Below, one piece after another: positions 1-11,307 of a stretch of DNA of 64,000 bases. The position numbers and the translations under genes are program-made. How positions within the stretch are numbered: position 1 is the stretch's first letter; each line of letters begins with the position of its first letter. The notes beneath the pieces are model-generated. The model had not been told where the DNA came from. It searched no databases and saw only the letters and a list, made by a program, of their open reading frames with translations. The stretch is from Nitrospirota bacterium (GTDB lineage Bacteria > Nitrospirota > Nitrospiria > Nitrospirales > Nitrospiraceae), in assembly GCA_963703955.1 (NCBI GenBank), contig CAVPGK010000026.1, positions 29,119 to 93,118 of the forward strand, read 5' to 3'.

Positions 1-418
1 TCTTGTTCTCGAGTTCGGCTTTGACGGGATGCCAGTCGATATCGAAGAACCCGGCGTACACGGAACTAGGGCCGTTCTCCAAGACATCCAGCCACCAAGC
101 GTTGCACGATCGCGCGATGCCCATGTGGTTGGGGACCACATCCAAAATGTGCCCCATGTCCTTCGCATGCAGGGCCTGGACAAACTCACGGTATTGGGAT
201 TCGGTGCCGACTTCAGGATTCAGCGACGTCGGGTCAGCGATGTCATACCCATGCTGGCTTCCCGGTGTGGCTTTCAGGTAGGAGGACGAATAACAGTCGG
301 AAATCCCCAGCTCATGCAGGTACGGAACAAGACCTTGGGCGTCCTTAAATGTAAAAGATCGGTTGAACTGCAACCGATAGGTGGATATCGGAATGCGAGG
401 CGAGGCCGTTGGTCTCAT
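1..418 (-). CDS. treY: Malto-oligosyltrehalose synthase, N-terminal part (runs off window)
   Basis: Not in ORF track. Manual translation from ATG 418 (ATGA overlap with glgC stop): MRPTASPRIPISTYRLQFN...GSQHGYD...LDVVPNHMG...WWLDVLENG...FFDIDW, typical TreY motifs. Confidence 0.92.
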   Translation of the reverse strand, partial: MRPTASPRIPISTYRLQFNRSFTFKDAQGLVPYLHELGISDCYSSSYLKATPGSQHGYDIADPTSLNPEVGTESQYREFVQALHAKDMGHILDVVPNHMGIARSCNAWWLDVLENGPSSVYAGFFDIDWHPVKAELENK

Positions 419-1686
419 TGTGATACACCGGTCGGTGGTCGATTCGACGGCTGGTACCGATGGGGTGATCCTTGCGGAAGCACGACGAGACCGGTCTTCC
501 CGACTTGATAGCGATTCCGGTCGGAGGATGCATTATAGCCGATTTCGGTCCCGGGAGGAATGACGTTGAAACGATCGGCGATCACCCGCCTGAGCTTCGA
601 TTTGGAACCGATCACCGCATCGTTCAGGATGATGCATTCATCGAGATGCGCTCCCGGTTCGATGGTCACATTTCGTCCGATCACGGACCGACGGACCTCC
701 GCATCAACGATGCGCGTTCCGGGTCCGATGAGGGCCTCATCGACCTGAGACCGGATCAGGCTGGCGGGCGGACCGTCATACCGATCGGTGACGATCGGCC
801 ACTGGCTGTTCCGCAAGTCGAAGATAGGTGATTCGCCCAGGACATCCATGTGCGCCTGCCAATAGGCTTCCAGCGTTCCCACGTCCCGCCAGTAGCCACG
901 CTCCTCATACGGATGCAGGCCCGGCGTATGATTGTCGCAGAAGTTGTAGGCCACGACCCGGTGGGTGGTGATGAGTTGCGAGACGATGTCACGGCCGAAA
1001 TCATGCGAGCCGGGGCGGGCGGCATCCCGTTCCAGAATCTGGACCAGAACCTGGGTGTTGAAAAGATAATTGCCCATGGAGGAGTAGGCTTTGGCCGCGT
1101 CGTGAGGCATGGGTTTGGGGGCGGTGGGTTTTTCTTCGAAGCCGATGATGCGATGGGATTGGCCCGGAGCGACATCGCGGCTCACCTCAATGATGCCGAA
1201 TCCTTTGGCCGCCTCAAGGGGCACGGGAAGGGCGGCCACGGTCACATCGGCTCCGTGGTCTCTGTGGAACTGGAGCATCTGGCTGATGTCCATCCGATAA
1301 ATATGATCCGCTCCGAAGACGGCGACCAGATCCGGAGCAAAATCACGAATGAGATTCAGGTTCTGGTACACGGCATCCGCATTCCCCTCATACCAGCCTT
1401 CCCGCGATCTCATTTGAGGAGGGACGACGGACACAAAATTCTGCGGAAGCCGTCCTTCGATGCGCCATGCTCGGCGAAGATGCTCGATCAGCGATTGGGA
1501 GCGATACTGAACCAAGACATAAATCGCGTGGATCCCTGAGTTCAAGAAATTGCTGAGGACAAAATCTACAATCCGGTACTTGGCGGCGAAGGGAACCGCC
1601 GGTTTGCTGCGATGCTCGGTGAGCGGCATGAGCCGCTCTCCTTTCCCACCGGCCAAGATCATAGCGAGAACGTTGATTCGGTCCAT
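415..1686 (-). CDS. glgC: Glucose-1-phosphate adenylyltransferase
   Basis: LAGGKGERLMPLT, KPAVPF, GADHIYRMD, FEEKP, SMGNY, DFGRDI, YWRDVGT motifs; C-terminal beta-helix repeats. Confidence 0.96.
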   Translation of the reverse strand: MDRINVLAMILAGGKGERLMPLTEHRSKPAVPFAAKYRIVDFVLSNFLNSGIHAIYVLVQYRSQSLIEHLRRAWRIEGRLPQNFVSVVPPQMRSREGWYEGNADAVYQNLNLIRDFAPDLVAVFGADHIYRMDISQMLQFHRDHGADVTVAALPVPLEAAKGFGIIEVSRDVAPGQSHRIIGFEEKPTAPKPMPHDAAKAYSSMGNYLFNTQVLVQILERDAARPGSHDFGRDIVSQLITTHRVVAYNFCDNHTPGLHPYEERGYWRDVGTLEAYWQAHMDVLGESPIFDLRNSQWPIVTDRYDGPPASLIRSQVDEALIGPGTRIVDAEVRRSVIGRNVTIEPGAHLDECIILNDAVIGSKSKLRRVIADRFNVIPPGTEIGYNASSDRNRYQVGKTGLVVLPQGSPHRYQPSNRPPTGVSQ

Positions 1687-2028
1687 CAGACGCCGGCCGT
1701 CCCTCCAGTATTCCTCAGACCCTAGACACTACACAGGTCTCGATCATGCATGCAAGCACTAAACCGAAGTAGTGACCGTATTCTGTAAGAAAATTCCATT
1801 GAACCCTTCTCTCCCAAAATGGAACCTGAGCGCAGGAGGAAATCATCTTGTGCCAACGATTGTGATAAGGCAAAATGCCAGTTCCGCCGCAGCAATCAAC
1901 ACGGCGCAGATTTGTCTCGTCTCAGGCATCACTCTGGCACGCTGAGAGTGGGAACGGTTGAGGGATCACCGAGAATCTTATCTTCCAATCCTATCTTGGA
2001 TCGTTCTACTGTTGTATGATAGGTCGTT

Positions 2029-4228
2029 ATGACACTGAATGTACAAGATGACATTGAGCGAGTGATACGAGCGGAGCATTGGGATCCGTTTTCAGTTCTC
2101 GGCCCTCATCCTATCATCGGCAATCGACAATCCTCGGTAATCGTCCGCGCATTTGTGCCGGATGCCGTGGACGTGTCGGTAGTGATAGACGGAGGCGACT
2201 CGCGACCGATGACACGAGTTCACCCCGACGGGTTTTTTGAAGCCACGTTGTCTCCGGCCTCTCAGGGTCGTCCTTATCGACTGAAGGTATCGGATCGGTG
2301 GGGAGGTGTGACCGACCGGCATGACCCCTATGCTTTTCCAAACGTCGTGTCCGACTTCGAACTCCATCTGTTTGCGGAAGGGAAGCTTTTTCGAGCGTAT
2401 GACCTGCTTGGGGCACACGTCCAGACCATCAAAGGAGTCATCGGCGTCCGGTTTGTCGTGTGGGCCCCGAATGGGATGCGCGTGAGCGTAGTGGGAGATT
2501 TCAATGGATGGGATGGCCGGCGCCATCCGATGCGAAGCCGTGGTGGGAGCGGTCTCTGGGAATTGTTTATTCCGGACATTGCAGAGGGTGCTGCCTATAA
2601 GTACGAGATACGGCCGCGGGATCATGACACGCCGTTATTGAAAGCCGACCCCTATGCCTTAGCCGCGGAACTGCGTCCAAAAACCGCGTCGGTGATTCGA
2701 ACACTTTCGTACACGTGGCATGACCAGCGATGGATGGAGCAACGGGCAACTCGCGATCTGTTGGCCGAACCCGTCTCGATCTATGAAGTTCATCTGGGAT
2801 CCTGGATGCGGGTGCCGGAAGAGGGAAACCGGTGGCTCACCTATCGCGAATTGGCTTCGAAACTGGTGGCGTACGTGAAAGACCTCGGCTATACGCATCT
2901 CGAATTGATGCCGGTCACGGAACATCCATTCGACGGATCGTGGGGTTACCAGACCACGGGGTATTTCGCACCCACCAGCCGTTTCGGACCGCCCGAAGAT
3001 TTCATGGCCTTTGTCGATGCCTGCCACCAGGCGGATGTCGGCGTTATCTTAGACTGGGTGCCCGCCCACTTCCCCGACGATCCGCATGGTCTGGCCGGGT
3101 TCGACGGAACCCATCTCTATGATCACCAGGATGCACGCCTCGGCTATCACCCGGAGTGGCATAGCCGGATCTTCAACTTCGGACGAGTGGAGGTGCGAAA
3201 TTTTCTGCTCAACAGCGCGCTGTTCTGGTTGGATCGCTATCACATCGATGGTCTCCGAGTGGACGCGGTGGCGTCCCTGCTGTATTTGGACTATTCGCGG
3301 AAACACGGGGAATGGATTCCAAACCGGTTCGGCGGGAATGAAAACTTGGAGGCCGTCGATTTTATTAAGGAGTTCAATGCCCTGGTGCATAAAGAACATC
3401 CGGGAGTCCTCACGATCGCGGAAGAGTCCACTGCGTGGCCGGGCGTGTCTCGACCGACCTATGTGGGCGGGTTAGGCTTCAGCCTCAAATGGAACATGGG
3501 CTGGATGCACGACACGCTCGAGTACTTTAGCCTTGATCCGGTCTATCGCAAGCATCATCAGAACAAGATCACGTTCGGGTTGATTTACGCCTTCAGTGAG
3601 AATTTTGTGCTGGTGCTCTCCCATGACGAGGTCGTGCACGGGAAGAAGACCCTGCTCGATAAAATGCCCGGAGATCACTGGCAGCAGTTTGCGAACCAGC
3701 GTGCCTTGTTCGGGTATCTGTACGGGCATCCGGGGAAGAAAATGCTCTTCATGGGCGGGGAGTTCGGGCAGTGGTGGGAATGGAACCACGATGAGAGCTT
3801 ACAGTGGCATCTTCTCCAGCACGAGCCGCATCGGGGTCTCCAGCGGTGTGTCGCTGACCTGAACCACCTCTATCGAGCCGAGCCCGCCCTGCACCAGGTC
3901 GATTTCGACTGGTCGGGGTTTCAGTGGATTGATTTTAGCGATGCCGATCAGGGTGTGATCGCCTTCCTGCGACGGACTCGTGATCACGCCCAGACCGTCG
4001 TGTGTGTCTGTAACTTCACGCCCGTCCCTCGCACCGGCTATCGTATCGGGGTACCAACGCCGGGCTGGTACCGTGAACTGTTCAACAGCGATGCTGCGAT
4101 CTACGGCGGAGGGAACGTGGGTAATGGGGGCGGACGTACCCGCCGAGGCGATTCCGTGGCATGGCCACTCCCATTCACTTCTGCTCACCTTGCCGCCGCT
4201 GGCGGTGGTCTTCTTTAAGCGGTCGTAA
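2029..4228 (+). CDS. glgB: 1,4-alpha-glucan branching enzyme (apparent +1 indel near 4135; true C-terminus ...[14 protein letters not shown] in another frame)
   Basis: [55 protein letters not shown] motifs. Confidence 0.95.
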
Positions 4229-6068
4229 GGTACAGAACTGCCGCGAAGGCCGGGAGACTCACCGGGACGTGATCAGGAATGACGATCGATGCCGGTGATG
4301 ATGGATGATCGGTTCCGCCAAACGAGGGGTGCCGGCTGTCGAGTCGTAAGCTCCATGTTCCTTTCGGTTCACGCAGGGTCATGGTCATCGCCTGTTCATT
4401 GAATCCAAGAAGGAGCAGCGCCTCCGGTCCTTGTTGTGCCCAGCGATGGACGACCAGAACGCATTCGTTGGGATAGATCCACACGCGGATACCGTGGGTG
4501 TCACTATCAGCGGCTCCAAGCGCGGGAATCGTTTTTCGGAGACGAATGAGTTCAGCGTACCATCGAAAAAGCGCCGCTTGGCCCTCGTCCTTGGGCAGTC
4601 CCGGACGGACGCGTGAACGATCGAACGTGGCCGGGCTCTGCGGGTCGGGCACCTCCTTCCATCCGAAAGCCGCGAATTCCCTCCGCCGTCCTTGGCGCAC
4701 GGCTTCAACGAGTCCAGGGTCCCCATGGTCGATGAAATAAGGGAATGGAGCGGTCTCGCCGTATTCTTCTCCCATAAAGAGAAGCGGAGTCTGAGGAGCC
4801 AGCAGAAGAGCCGCAGCTGCAAGCTTCAGCGCCTCGGGAGGCACCAGAGTCGTGAGGCGATCTCCAAAGGCACGGTTGCCGATTTGATCATGATTCTGGG
4901 TGCAGATGATCAGTTGGGACGGCGGTCGTTCCCGGACGGAATTTCCGTGACGCCGTCTCCGGTGCGATGAGCGAATTCCCGAGTAGACAAAGCCTTCTTG
5001 CAAAGCGGTGGCGATCTGCTCAAGGCGACCGAAATCTTCGTAGTACCCTGCTCGCTCCCCGGTCAGCACCGTGTGGAGCGCATGATGAAAATCGTCGCTC
5101 CACTGACCGTCCAATCCATGGCCGCCCGCGTCGGGAGGCGCGATCACCCGCGCGTCATTCAGATCGCTTTCGGCCATGACCAGAATCGTTCGGTCTAGCC
5201 GCTCACCTTCACGATGCACCGCCATGGTGAGTTCATGAAGGATGTGGCACGCGCTGAAATCATAGATGCCATGGATGGCGTCCAGCCGCAGGGCATCGAT
5301 ATGGTACTCCGTCACCCAATACAAGGCATTGCTGATGACATAGTGACGGACTTCATCGCTGTCGGGTCCGTCGTAATTGATCGCGCGGCCCCACGGCGTC
5401 CGATACCGATCGGTGAAATAGGGGCCAAAGTCTTCCAGATAATTTCCTTCGGGCCCCAAATGGTTGTAGACGACATCCAAGATCACCGCGAGTCCACGTG
5501 CGTGGCACGCATCGACCAATTGTTTCAAACCGTCCGCCCCGCCGTAGTTTGATTGCGGCGCAAAAGGATACACCCCGTCGTACCCCCAGTTGCGTGACCC
5601 GGGGTATTGCGCGACCGGCATCAATTCGATCGCCGTGACGCCAAGCTCGTCTCGCAGGTACGTGAGATACGGAATAACTGATTCGAACGTGCCTGTTTTC
5701 GTAAAGGTTCCGACGTGGAGTTCATAGATAATGAGCCGATTCATGGGGACTCCGGTCCACTGCTGATCGGACCAATGAAATGAGGTTGGGTCGAACACCA
5801 TGGATGGTCCGTGGACACCGTGCGGTTGCGAACGCGAGGCGGGATCGGGCCGTTCGTTCTGGCCATTCAACACATACCGGTAGAGCGTTCCCGGCTTGAG
5901 GTGGCCCACGGTGACCTCGTAATACCCGAGGTCGAGTTGACTCATCGGAATAGGCTCACGCGCATCGTCCATCAGACGGACCGCCATCGCCTGAGCGTAG
6001 GGCGCCCATACCCGAAACCGAACGGTCGATGCATCCAACAATAGGGCTCCAAGATCGAGATGCCACAT
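4215..6068 (-). CDS. treZ: Malto-oligosyltrehalose trehalohydrolase
   Basis: [75 protein letters not shown] before ATG 6068. Confidence 0.94.
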   Translation of the reverse strand: MWHLDLGALLLDASTVRFRVWAPYAQAMAVRLMDDAREPIPMSQLDLGYYEVTVGHLKPGTLYRYVLNGQNERPDPASRSQPHGVHGPSMVFDPTSFHWSDQQWTGVPMNRLIIYELHVGTFTKTGTFESVIPYLTYLRDELGVTAIELMPVAQYPGSRNWGYDGVYPFAPQSNYGGADGLKQLVDACHARGLAVILDVVYNHLGPEGNYLEDFGPYFTDRYRTPWGRAINYDGPDSDEVRHYVISNALYWVTEYHIDALRLDAIHGIYDFSACHILHELTMAVHREGERLDRTILVMAESDLNDARVIAPPDAGGHGLDGQWSDDFHHALHTVLTGERAGYYEDFGRLEQIATALQEGFVYSGIRSSHRRRRHGNSVRERPPSQLIICTQNHDQIGNRAFGDRLTTLVPPEALKLAAAALLLAPQTPLLFMGEEYGETAPFPYFIDHGDPGLVEAVRQGRRREFAAFGWKEVPDPQSPATFDRSRVRPGLPKDEGQAALFRWYAELIRLRKTIPALGAADSDTHGIRVWIYPNECVLVVHRWAQQGPEALLLLGFNEQAMTMTLREPKGTWSLRLDSRHPSFGGTDHPSSPASIVIPDHVPVSLPAFAAVLYLTTA

Positions 6069-6100
6069 AACAGGTCCTCCCGGTTCGTAGTCTGCCAGAA

Positions 6101-6116
6101 CGCAAACCGTCTGCCA
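6101..6116 (-). promoter_or_regulatory. Candidate sigma-54 (-24/-12) promoter for treZ
   Basis: Minus strand reads TGGCAGACGGTTTGCG = GG-N10-GC with TGGCA and TTGC, about 33 nt upstream of treZ ATG. Confidence 0.6.
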
Positions 6117-6227
6117 ACTATTGGGAACAGTCCTATAGAAAAAACGGATTTTTGCCGGTAGAAGACTTGGCTGATGCCTGTCATCCAGACTATGCTGCAA
6201 GACTAAGGGTCTCAGAAGGAGGTGATG

Positions 6228-6551
6228 ATGGCAAGGCGACGAACCGCGACGGAAGGGAAAGCCAAACAACCATCCCGACAGCGCGCCGACGTTCATTCGG
6301 GGTCCCATTCATCGTCACGAACTTCCCAGACTGCGGGGGACGGCGAAAGTGATCTGGCTGAGGGTCCGATAGAGCGAGCGAAGGAACGCGAGGCCAGGTC
6401 CCCTTTGAGCGACGAAGAGTTCAACTCGCGAGTCGCCAGGAAGGCGTTCGAGTTGTATGAACATCGGGGCGGGATCGGCAATGATATGGAGGACTGGCCG
6501 GAAGCCGAACGGCTGGTCAGAGAGAAGCTCAACGAAGCGAGACGACCATGA
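6228..6551 (+). CDS. Small DUF2934-like protein
   Basis: AAGGAGGT SD; C-terminal [14 protein letters not shown]...[10 protein letters not shown] resembles DUF2934; ATGA overlap with glgX. Confidence 0.75.
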   Translation: MARRRTATEGKAKQPSRQRADVHSGSHSSSRTSQTAGDGESDLAEGPIERAKEREARSPLSDEEFNSRVARKAFELYEHRGGIGNDMEDWPEAERLVREKLNEARRP

Positions 6552-8696
6552 GAATTTGGAGAGGGCAGTCATACCCGCTCGGAGCAACCTGGGATGGGGA
6601 GGGGGTGAATTTCGCGCTTTTTTCGGAAAATGCGACGAAAGTGGAACTCTGTTTGTTCGATGAACGCGATGCAACCAAAGAGACGCACCGCATTCCGATT
6701 GAGGAGCGGACCGAACTGGTCTGGCACGCCTACCTGCCTGAGGTTCGTCCGGGGCAGTACTATGGATATCGCGTGTACGGACCCTATGAGCCCGAGCAGG
6801 GTCATCGGTTCAATCCTGCCAAGCTGCTCATCGATCCATATGCCAAGGCTATTTCGGGAACCATCGAATGGTCCGATGCCGTGTTTGGATACCGAATCGG
6901 CGACCCCGCGGCGGATCTTTCACGTGACGATCGTGACACGGCTGCGAACATCCCCAAAGGTGTGGTGATCGAGGAAGCCTTCACCTGGGGAGGCGATAAG
7001 CTTCTGCGTACGCCTTGGGAACAAACGATCATTTACGAACTGCACGTGAAAGGGTTCACGGCGCGTCATCCGGACGTCCCCGAAGAGCAGCGAGGGACCT
7101 ACGCGGGGCTCGCCTCTCCTCCGGCCATTGATCACCTGAAGTCGTTGGGGGTCACGGCCGTGGAACTGCTGCCGGTCCATTACTTCGTCCGGGACAAACA
7201 CCTCGCCGACCGTGGGCTGATGAACTATTGGGGCTACAACTCTATCGGGTTTTTCGCGCCAGACATCCGATATGCTACCTCTCCGGTTCGCGGTCGGCAT
7301 GTCAGAGAATTCAAGACGATGGTCAAAACGCTCCATAGCGCCGGAATCGAAGTGATCCTGGACGTGGTCTACAACCATACGGGGGAAGGCAATCATCTAG
7401 GGCCGACCATTTCGTTTCGCGGGATCGACAACGCAGTCTATTACCGTTTAGTCGCGGACAACCGCCGGTACTATATGGATTACACCGGCACCGGCAATAC
7501 GCTGAACGTCGCCACCCCCGGACGCTCCAACTGATCATGGACAGCCTGCGCTATTGGGTATTGGAGATGCACGTGGACGGGTTCAGGTTCGATCTCGCCT
7601 CTGCGTTGGCGCGCGAGCTTCACGATGTCGACCGGCTGAGCGCTTTCTTCGACATCATTCACCAGGACCCGGTCATTTCTCAGGTGAAGCTCATTGCCGA
7701 GCCGTGGGACGTGGGCGAAGGGGGCTATCAGGTGGGTAACTTCCCGGTCGGCTGGGCGGAATGGAACGGGAAATATCGGGATACCGTCCGCGCTATTGGA
7801 GGGGAGATGAGCAGTCAGGTTGCGGAGACTGGCCTATCGCGCTTTACCGGCAGCAGCGATCTGTACGAAGATGCACGGGAGGCGCCCGCATGCGAGCATC
7901 AACTTTCGTGACCTCGCATGATGGGTTCACGCTGAACGACCTGGTGTCCTATAACCAGAAACACAATGAGGCGAACGGCGAAGAGAATCGGGACGGCACC
8001 GATGACAACCAAAGCTGGAACTGCGGTGCCGAAGGCCCGACCGACGACCCGGAAATTTTGGCTCTGCGGGAACGGCAGAAACGGAACATGCTCGCCACGC
8101 TGCTCTTGTCGCAGGGAGTTCCAATGATTTGCGGCGGCGATGAGATCGGTCGAACGCAACGGGGGAACAACAACGCCTATTGCCAGGACAACGAATTCAG
8201 TTGGTATGACTGGAAACTCGATGGGTCGGCGCGCTCGCTCTTGGCATTTACGCAAGAGATGATCGCGCTGCGTCGGGATCAGCCGGTCCTGCGCCGGCGC
8301 CGGTTTTTTCAAGGACGACGCATCCGCGGGTCTGAAGTCAAGGATTTGGCGTGGTTTCGGCCCGATGGGAAAGAAATGACGGATGAGGATTGGAACCAGG
8401 GCTATGTCCGCTCCTTAGGACTACGGTTGGCAGGGGATGCCCTCGAGGAAGTAGATGATAAAGGCCGGCGAGTTGTCGGAGAAACCCTGCTGATTTTGGT
8501 CAATGCCCACCATGAACCCTTAACTTTTACGCTTCCGGCACATAAGCGCGGGGTTCGTTGGGAACATCTCCTCAGTACGGAGGGGCCTGAGAAACAGAAA
8601 CGGGTCACGACCTTGAAGGGAGGCGCTTCGTACGAGCTGGAGGCGAGGTCCATGGCGGTTCTTCGGCTACGGAGCCAGGATCGAAAATCAATGTAG
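6548..8696 (+). CDS. glgX: Glycogen debranching enzyme (several indels around 7510 and 7790-7910 split it into three ORFs)
   Basis: [74 protein letters not shown] across consecutive frames. Confidence 0.93.
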
Positions 8697-8760
8697 CAAC
8701 TTCCGGGTGTTCTTGTTTTTATTCGGATTCCAAAACACTAGTAGTAGGACCAAGGTCGGG

Positions 8761-8790
8761 TTGACTCGTGGTCAGTGTTTTTGTTACATT
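8761..8790 (+). promoter_or_regulatory. Candidate sigma-70 promoter for rlpA
   Basis: TTGACT-N18-TACATT with TG upstream of the -10. Confidence 0.4.
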
Positions 8791-8912
8791 TGCGCTCCAT
8801 CATCCTACGTTCTATTCTTCAGGATGTTTTTCTCGTTCCGTTCTTTTCTCGAACTGGCTGGGTCCGATAGTTGAGTCGCTTCGTTCGATGTATGGTAGTA
8901 GCGGGAAGGGGT

Positions 8913-9569
8913 ATGAGCTTGAGAAAACAACCTCATCTTTGGGCGCTCGTGCTCGGGTGTAGTCTGACGGTCGGCGCGTGCTCGAGCTTGCCCAAAGGCC
9001 AGGCCGATCTGGACGTCGGCATGAAGGAACGCGGTATTGCCTCATGGTATGGCGACGACTTTCATGGATGGGTAACCGCCAGCGGTGAAATCTACGACAT
9101 GCATGCCTTGACCGCCGCGCACCGAACGCTCCCCTTAGGGACCGTCGTGCGGGTGAGGAACGTGGTGAATGGGCGGCAGGTCACGATCCGTATCAACGAC
9201 CGTGGTCCTTACGTCAAGGGGCGGATTCTGGATCTATCCTATAAGGCCGCACAGGAATTGAACATGGTCAGAGACGGCGTCTCGGCCGTCTATCTGGAAG
9301 TGATCAGTCATCAAGGCTTGGAATCGCTAGCCTCCGACCATCATGTGTTGAAGGGGCGCGAGTATGCCGCCATCGAACCCGCTCCGGTGGGGACCGATCA
9401 AAGCCTCGGCAAGGCCGTTAACCGGCTGATTCCGGTGACCTCACGAAACGACCGTCGCATGCGTCAGAGTCCCGGCGATGTGCTTCGTGAGCGACGCGTT
9501 CGTCGGGTCGGGGATGTCCTTGTGGCCGGCCGACGAGTCGACGTTGTTCCAGCGTTGGAACTTTGCTGA
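8913..9569 (+). CDS. rlpA: Septal ring lytic transglycosylase RlpA-family lipoprotein
   Basis: Lipobox-like VGAC; GIASWYG, LTAAHRTLPLGT, INDRGPY, RILDLS motifs. Confidence 0.9.
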   Translation: MSLRKQPHLWALVLGCSLTVGACSSLPKGQADLDVGMKERGIASWYGDDFHGWVTASGEIYDMHALTAAHRTLPLGTVVRVRNVVNGRQVTIRINDRGPYVKGRILDLSYKAAQELNMVRDGVSAVYLEVISHQGLESLASDHHVLKGREYAAIEPAPVGTDQSLGKAVNRLIPVTSRNDRRMRQSPGDVLRERRVRRVGDVLVAGRRVDVVPALELC

Positions 9570-9606
9570 CCTCCCACTCTGTTTACCTACCTTCTTTTTC
9601 TCCGTG

Positions 9607-9636
9607 TTGACACTACTGACTTGTGTCCTCTAAACT
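9607..9636 (+). promoter_or_regulatory. Candidate sigma-70 promoter
   Basis: TTGACA-N18-TAAACT upstream of ORF 9679. Confidence 0.5.
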
Positions 9637-9678
9637 CAAAAGTCTTCGTATCCAACAGATCACTTCCTAATTGGGAGC

Positions 9679-9903
9679 ATGACGTTAATGGCAAAAACGC
9701 CGCCGCTAGAAACCGATCTCGCTCGACTCAAGGAAAAGGTAAGAACGCGAACTGCCGGGACCGACAGCCCTGAAGGTGATCCCAAACTTCGGGCTTTGCA
9801 CAAACGGCTGAAACGTGTTCAGCGGAAACGCCGGAGTCAAGCTACAAGGAAGCGGCATGCGTTGGGAAAAGCAGAGTCGGCGGCGAAGGAGCCCAACGCC
9901 TGA
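9679..9903 (+). CDS. Small basic hypothetical protein
   Basis: GGGAG SD, upstream promoter, Lys/Arg-rich helical sequence, fills intergenic gap. Confidence 0.6.
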   Translation: MTLMAKTPPLETDLARLKEKVRTRTAGTDSPEGDPKLRALHKRLKRVQRKRRSQATRKRHALGKAESAAKEPNA

Positions 9904-9962
9904 GATCCTGGTGAATTCTTGTGAGTGTCTGATCGCTCACCACAAGCGCGTAGGGGACACGT

Positions 9963-10784
9963 ATGAGTAACGAGAACACACACTCGGAAGATCGCGCATT
10001 AGAAACACCGGAGACCGGAGACGAACTGACCGATCAGGTCTCCGAGACCATGATCAGGCCCACGGAACCCTCGACCACGGAGCCGGAGGGCGCCCAGTTG
10101 CCTGAAGAGGCGGTCTTTGAGGTAGAAAAGGTCAAGGATGAGATCGAGATTCAGATCGACCTGCTAAAGGATCCAGACTGGGCCGTTCGGCGCGAGGCGG
10201 TCATTACGCTCGGCGAAATGGGAGATGAGCGATGCGTCGAGCCGCTCGTTCGTGCCCTACGGGATGGCGATTGGCAGGTTCGTGAAGTGGCGATCGAAGC
10301 GCTGGGGATGGTTGGGTCGCCGGCCGTCGATGCACTCATCAAATTGCTTCGCGACTGGGATGTGCGGAAGTACGCCATACGCGCACTCGGAAAGATCAGA
10401 GACGAGCGGGTGCTGAATCCTCTCATTGCGCAACTGCGGAATGATGAGTTCAATGAAGACGCCACTGAAGCGTTGGTTGAACTGGGCAAGCCGGCCGTGG
10501 TCAAGCTTGTCGTTGCACTGAAAGACAAAGATGAGAATACCCGCAAGCAAGCAGTCATCGCGCTGGGGCGGATCAAGGATCCGGACGCACTTGATTCACT
10601 GATCGAGATGCTCCAGGATAGTGATTGGTTTATCCGCTTGACCGCCGCGGCTGCGTTGGAAAAGGTCGGTGATGAGCGGGGACGCGAAGCGATCAAGCTG
10701 CTGCTGAAAGACCCCGATCTGGTCGTGAAGATGCGCGTCGAGCGGATTTTGGCAGCGTGGAAGAAGCGAGCCGCTAACGCCTAA
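9963..10784 (+). CDS. HEAT (PBS-lyase-like) repeat protein with acidic N-terminus
   Basis: Repeated L.D.DW.VR..A..ALG units. Confidence 0.88.
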   Translation: MSNENTHSEDRALETPETGDELTDQVSETMIRPTEPSTTEPEGAQLPEEAVFEVEKVKDEIEIQIDLLKDPDWAVRREAVITLGEMGDERCVEPLVRALRDGDWQVREVAIEALGMVGSPAVDALIKLLRDWDVRKYAIRALGKIRDERVLNPLIAQLRNDEFNEDATEALVELGKPAVVKLVVALKDKDENTRKQAVIALGRIKDPDALDSLIEMLQDSDWFIRLTAAAALEKVGDERGREAIKLLLKDPDLVVKMRVERILAAWKKRAANA

Positions 10785-10850
10785 GAGTTCACTGTTCGAG
10801 GGTTGACGTTGTCAAGGCTCTGACTTCCGACTCTGAACCTCCAACTCGCT

Positions 10851-11285
10851 TCATTGCGCTGCCAGCGCATCTACTTCCTTTTGAATATCATCTAACCGCG
10901 TACGAGCCACCATTTTGCCTGCGGACAGGTCCTGTCGAGTATCTCGGATTTTGATGATTAGCGCGTTGATATCGGAAGTGTGCCCGCTTTTTGTGCCCGC
11001 ATCTCTTGCCCGCTCTAAATTTACGATCACCTCTCCCAGTGCCCTCGCGGCGCTTCCGTAGTTTCGATCAAAGAGGTCGGATTTCGCCTGGATCACCTGC
11101 GCTTTGGCGTCCACTAATCCCTGACGGGCCCTAAGATTGCGCTCCATCCCCGCCGTGGTGTCGAGGACGTTGCGGGAGAGATCGGTCACGGTCTTGCGCA
11201 AGTCACTGAGCGGCCGCTGGCCGGTGTAGTAGCCCAGCGCAAAGGCCAGGGTGAACAGCATGAGCAGACCAAGAAATTTCAACAT
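10851..11285 (-). CDS. Hypothetical protein with N-terminal membrane anchor and helical domain
   Basis: MLKFLGLLMLFTLAFALGYYTG hydrophobic start; AAGGA SD; follows HEAT gene on same strand. Confidence 0.7.
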   Translation of the reverse strand: MLKFLGLLMLFTLAFALGYYTGQRPLSDLRKTVTDLSRNVLDTTAGMERNLRARQGLVDAKAQVIQAKSDLFDRNYGSAARALGEVIVNLERARDAGTKSGHTSDINALIIKIRDTRQDLSAGKMVARTRLDDIQKEVDALAAQ

Positions 11286-11307
11286 GAGGTCCTTCAGCCT
11301 GAGATCG

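Noticed and set aside
1840..1950. TGGCAC motifs between glgC and glgB as sigma-54 sites
   Set aside because: No GC at the -12 position with correct spacing
6548..8696. glgX as a true pseudogene
   Set aside because: All motifs are present and conserved; indels cluster like local low-quality consensus
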